Source of the DNA: Pelagomonas calceolata
Lineage: Eukaryota
DNA length: 64,000 nucleotides
Assembly (NCBI GenBank): GCA_918797485.1
Contig: CAKKNE010000006.1
Location: forward strand, 3,534,001 to 3,598,000
Direction of reading: 5' to 3'
The notes beneath the pieces are model-generated. The model worked only from the letters and a program-made list of their open reading frames with translations. It did not search any database and had not been told where the DNA came from. Made by a program: the position numbers and the translations under genes. Of this stretch, positions 63,361-64,000 are shown piece after piece (the stretch's first letter is position 1; each line of letters opens with the position of its first letter).

Positions 63361-63717
63361 ATGGTCCGCATTATCGCTGCAGCTCTCCTGGGCTCTGCCG
63401 CCGCATTTGCGCCGAGCGCGGCCCCTACGGCCACGCGCACGGTGGTCTTCGCCGGCGAGGACTACGCCAGCATGGACGGCCCGGCGCTCGCGGCCGCCAT
63501 CGACGGCAAGCGCAAGGAGTTGTTCGACATGCGCCTCGAGAACCGGCAGGGCCGCCAGAAGACGACGTTCAAGAGCAACGTCGTGCGCAACCTCAAGAAG
63601 GACATCGCGCGCATGATGCCCTTCCTCGAGGCGAAGCAGGCGTCGGGCTCGCCGAACGTCGCGCTGCGCGAGCAGGCGAAAGGACGCCGAGCGCGCAAGG
63701 AGAAGGTGGAGGCCTAG
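63361..63717 (+). CDS. rpl29: Plastid-targeted ribosomal protein uL29-like
   Basis: Signal peptide with AAA-FAP cleavage motif; RKELFDMR...RNLKKDIAR L29 signature. Confidence 0.7.
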   Translation: MVRIIAAALLGSAAAFAPSAAPTATRTVVFAGEDYASMDGPALAAAIDGKRKELFDMRLENRQGRQKTTFKSNVVRNLKKDIARMMPFLEAKQASGSPNVALREQAKGRRARKEKVEA

Positions 63718-63822
63718 GCGTTCTGAGGCGTGCGCGGCGGCGCGTGAAGTAATACGTTCTCTTGTTATCAGCCATATCCAGGCCAGGCGTGTACACGTGG
63801 CGGCGGTTATATATCACTCAAC

Positions 63823-64000
63823 TTAGATCTCGTTCACCGCCCCGCACTCCGTGCACGTGAACTGCGCTCCCGGCTCGGCCCCGCGGACCTGCATTTGTGC
63901 ACCGCACGCGCCGCACGAGAAGAGGTCCCCCGCCTCTTCTACTGCCGGTGGAGGCGGCGGTGCCGGCGCGGGAGCCGCCGGCCGCGCGTACGGCGCCGAG
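63823..64000 (-). CDS. 3' end of a protein with Pro-rich linker and C-terminal zinc ribbon; partial
   Basis: FSCGACG...FTCTECGAVNEI* runs off the window edge. Confidence 0.55.
   Translation of the reverse strand, partial: SAPYARPAAPAPAPPPPPAVEEAGDLFSCGACGAQMQVRGAEPGAQFTCTECGAVNEI

Overview
GC-rich, gene-dense eukaryotic nuclear DNA with about 42 protein-coding genes or fragments, short intergenic gaps and few short spliceosomal introns. The source is probably a pelagophyte alga (Pelagomonas/Aureococcus-like). This is inferred from an 'AAAFAP' bipartite plastid-targeting peptide and from introner-type introns. Recognisable genes include alanine racemase, a sulfotransferase, an alpha-kinase, a biuret/triuret hydrolase fusion, sterol C14 reductase, the RNR small subunit, a PPTase, TRAP1/HSP90, a ubiquitin-TCTP fusion, an NTE/patatin and a plastid L29-like protein. 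Four things stand out. (1) A 20-25 bp element, (G)CTAGTGTCTTWN(n)GCTAGC, occurs in 12 clear copies, all in promoter regions and mostly near the centre of divergent gene pairs. (2) A second, orientation-independent motif, CGCGTCGAYGGCGT(GG), occurs in nearly every intron and at several convergent 3' ends. (3) Two introns have transposon architecture, with terminal inverted repeats and an 8-bp target duplication supplying the donor site. (4) A disrupted NLR-like NACHT-WD40-ankyrin gene carries a RelA/SpoT-type nucleotidyltransferase domain inside its NACHT module. All calls come from reading motifs by eye; no database searches were run.
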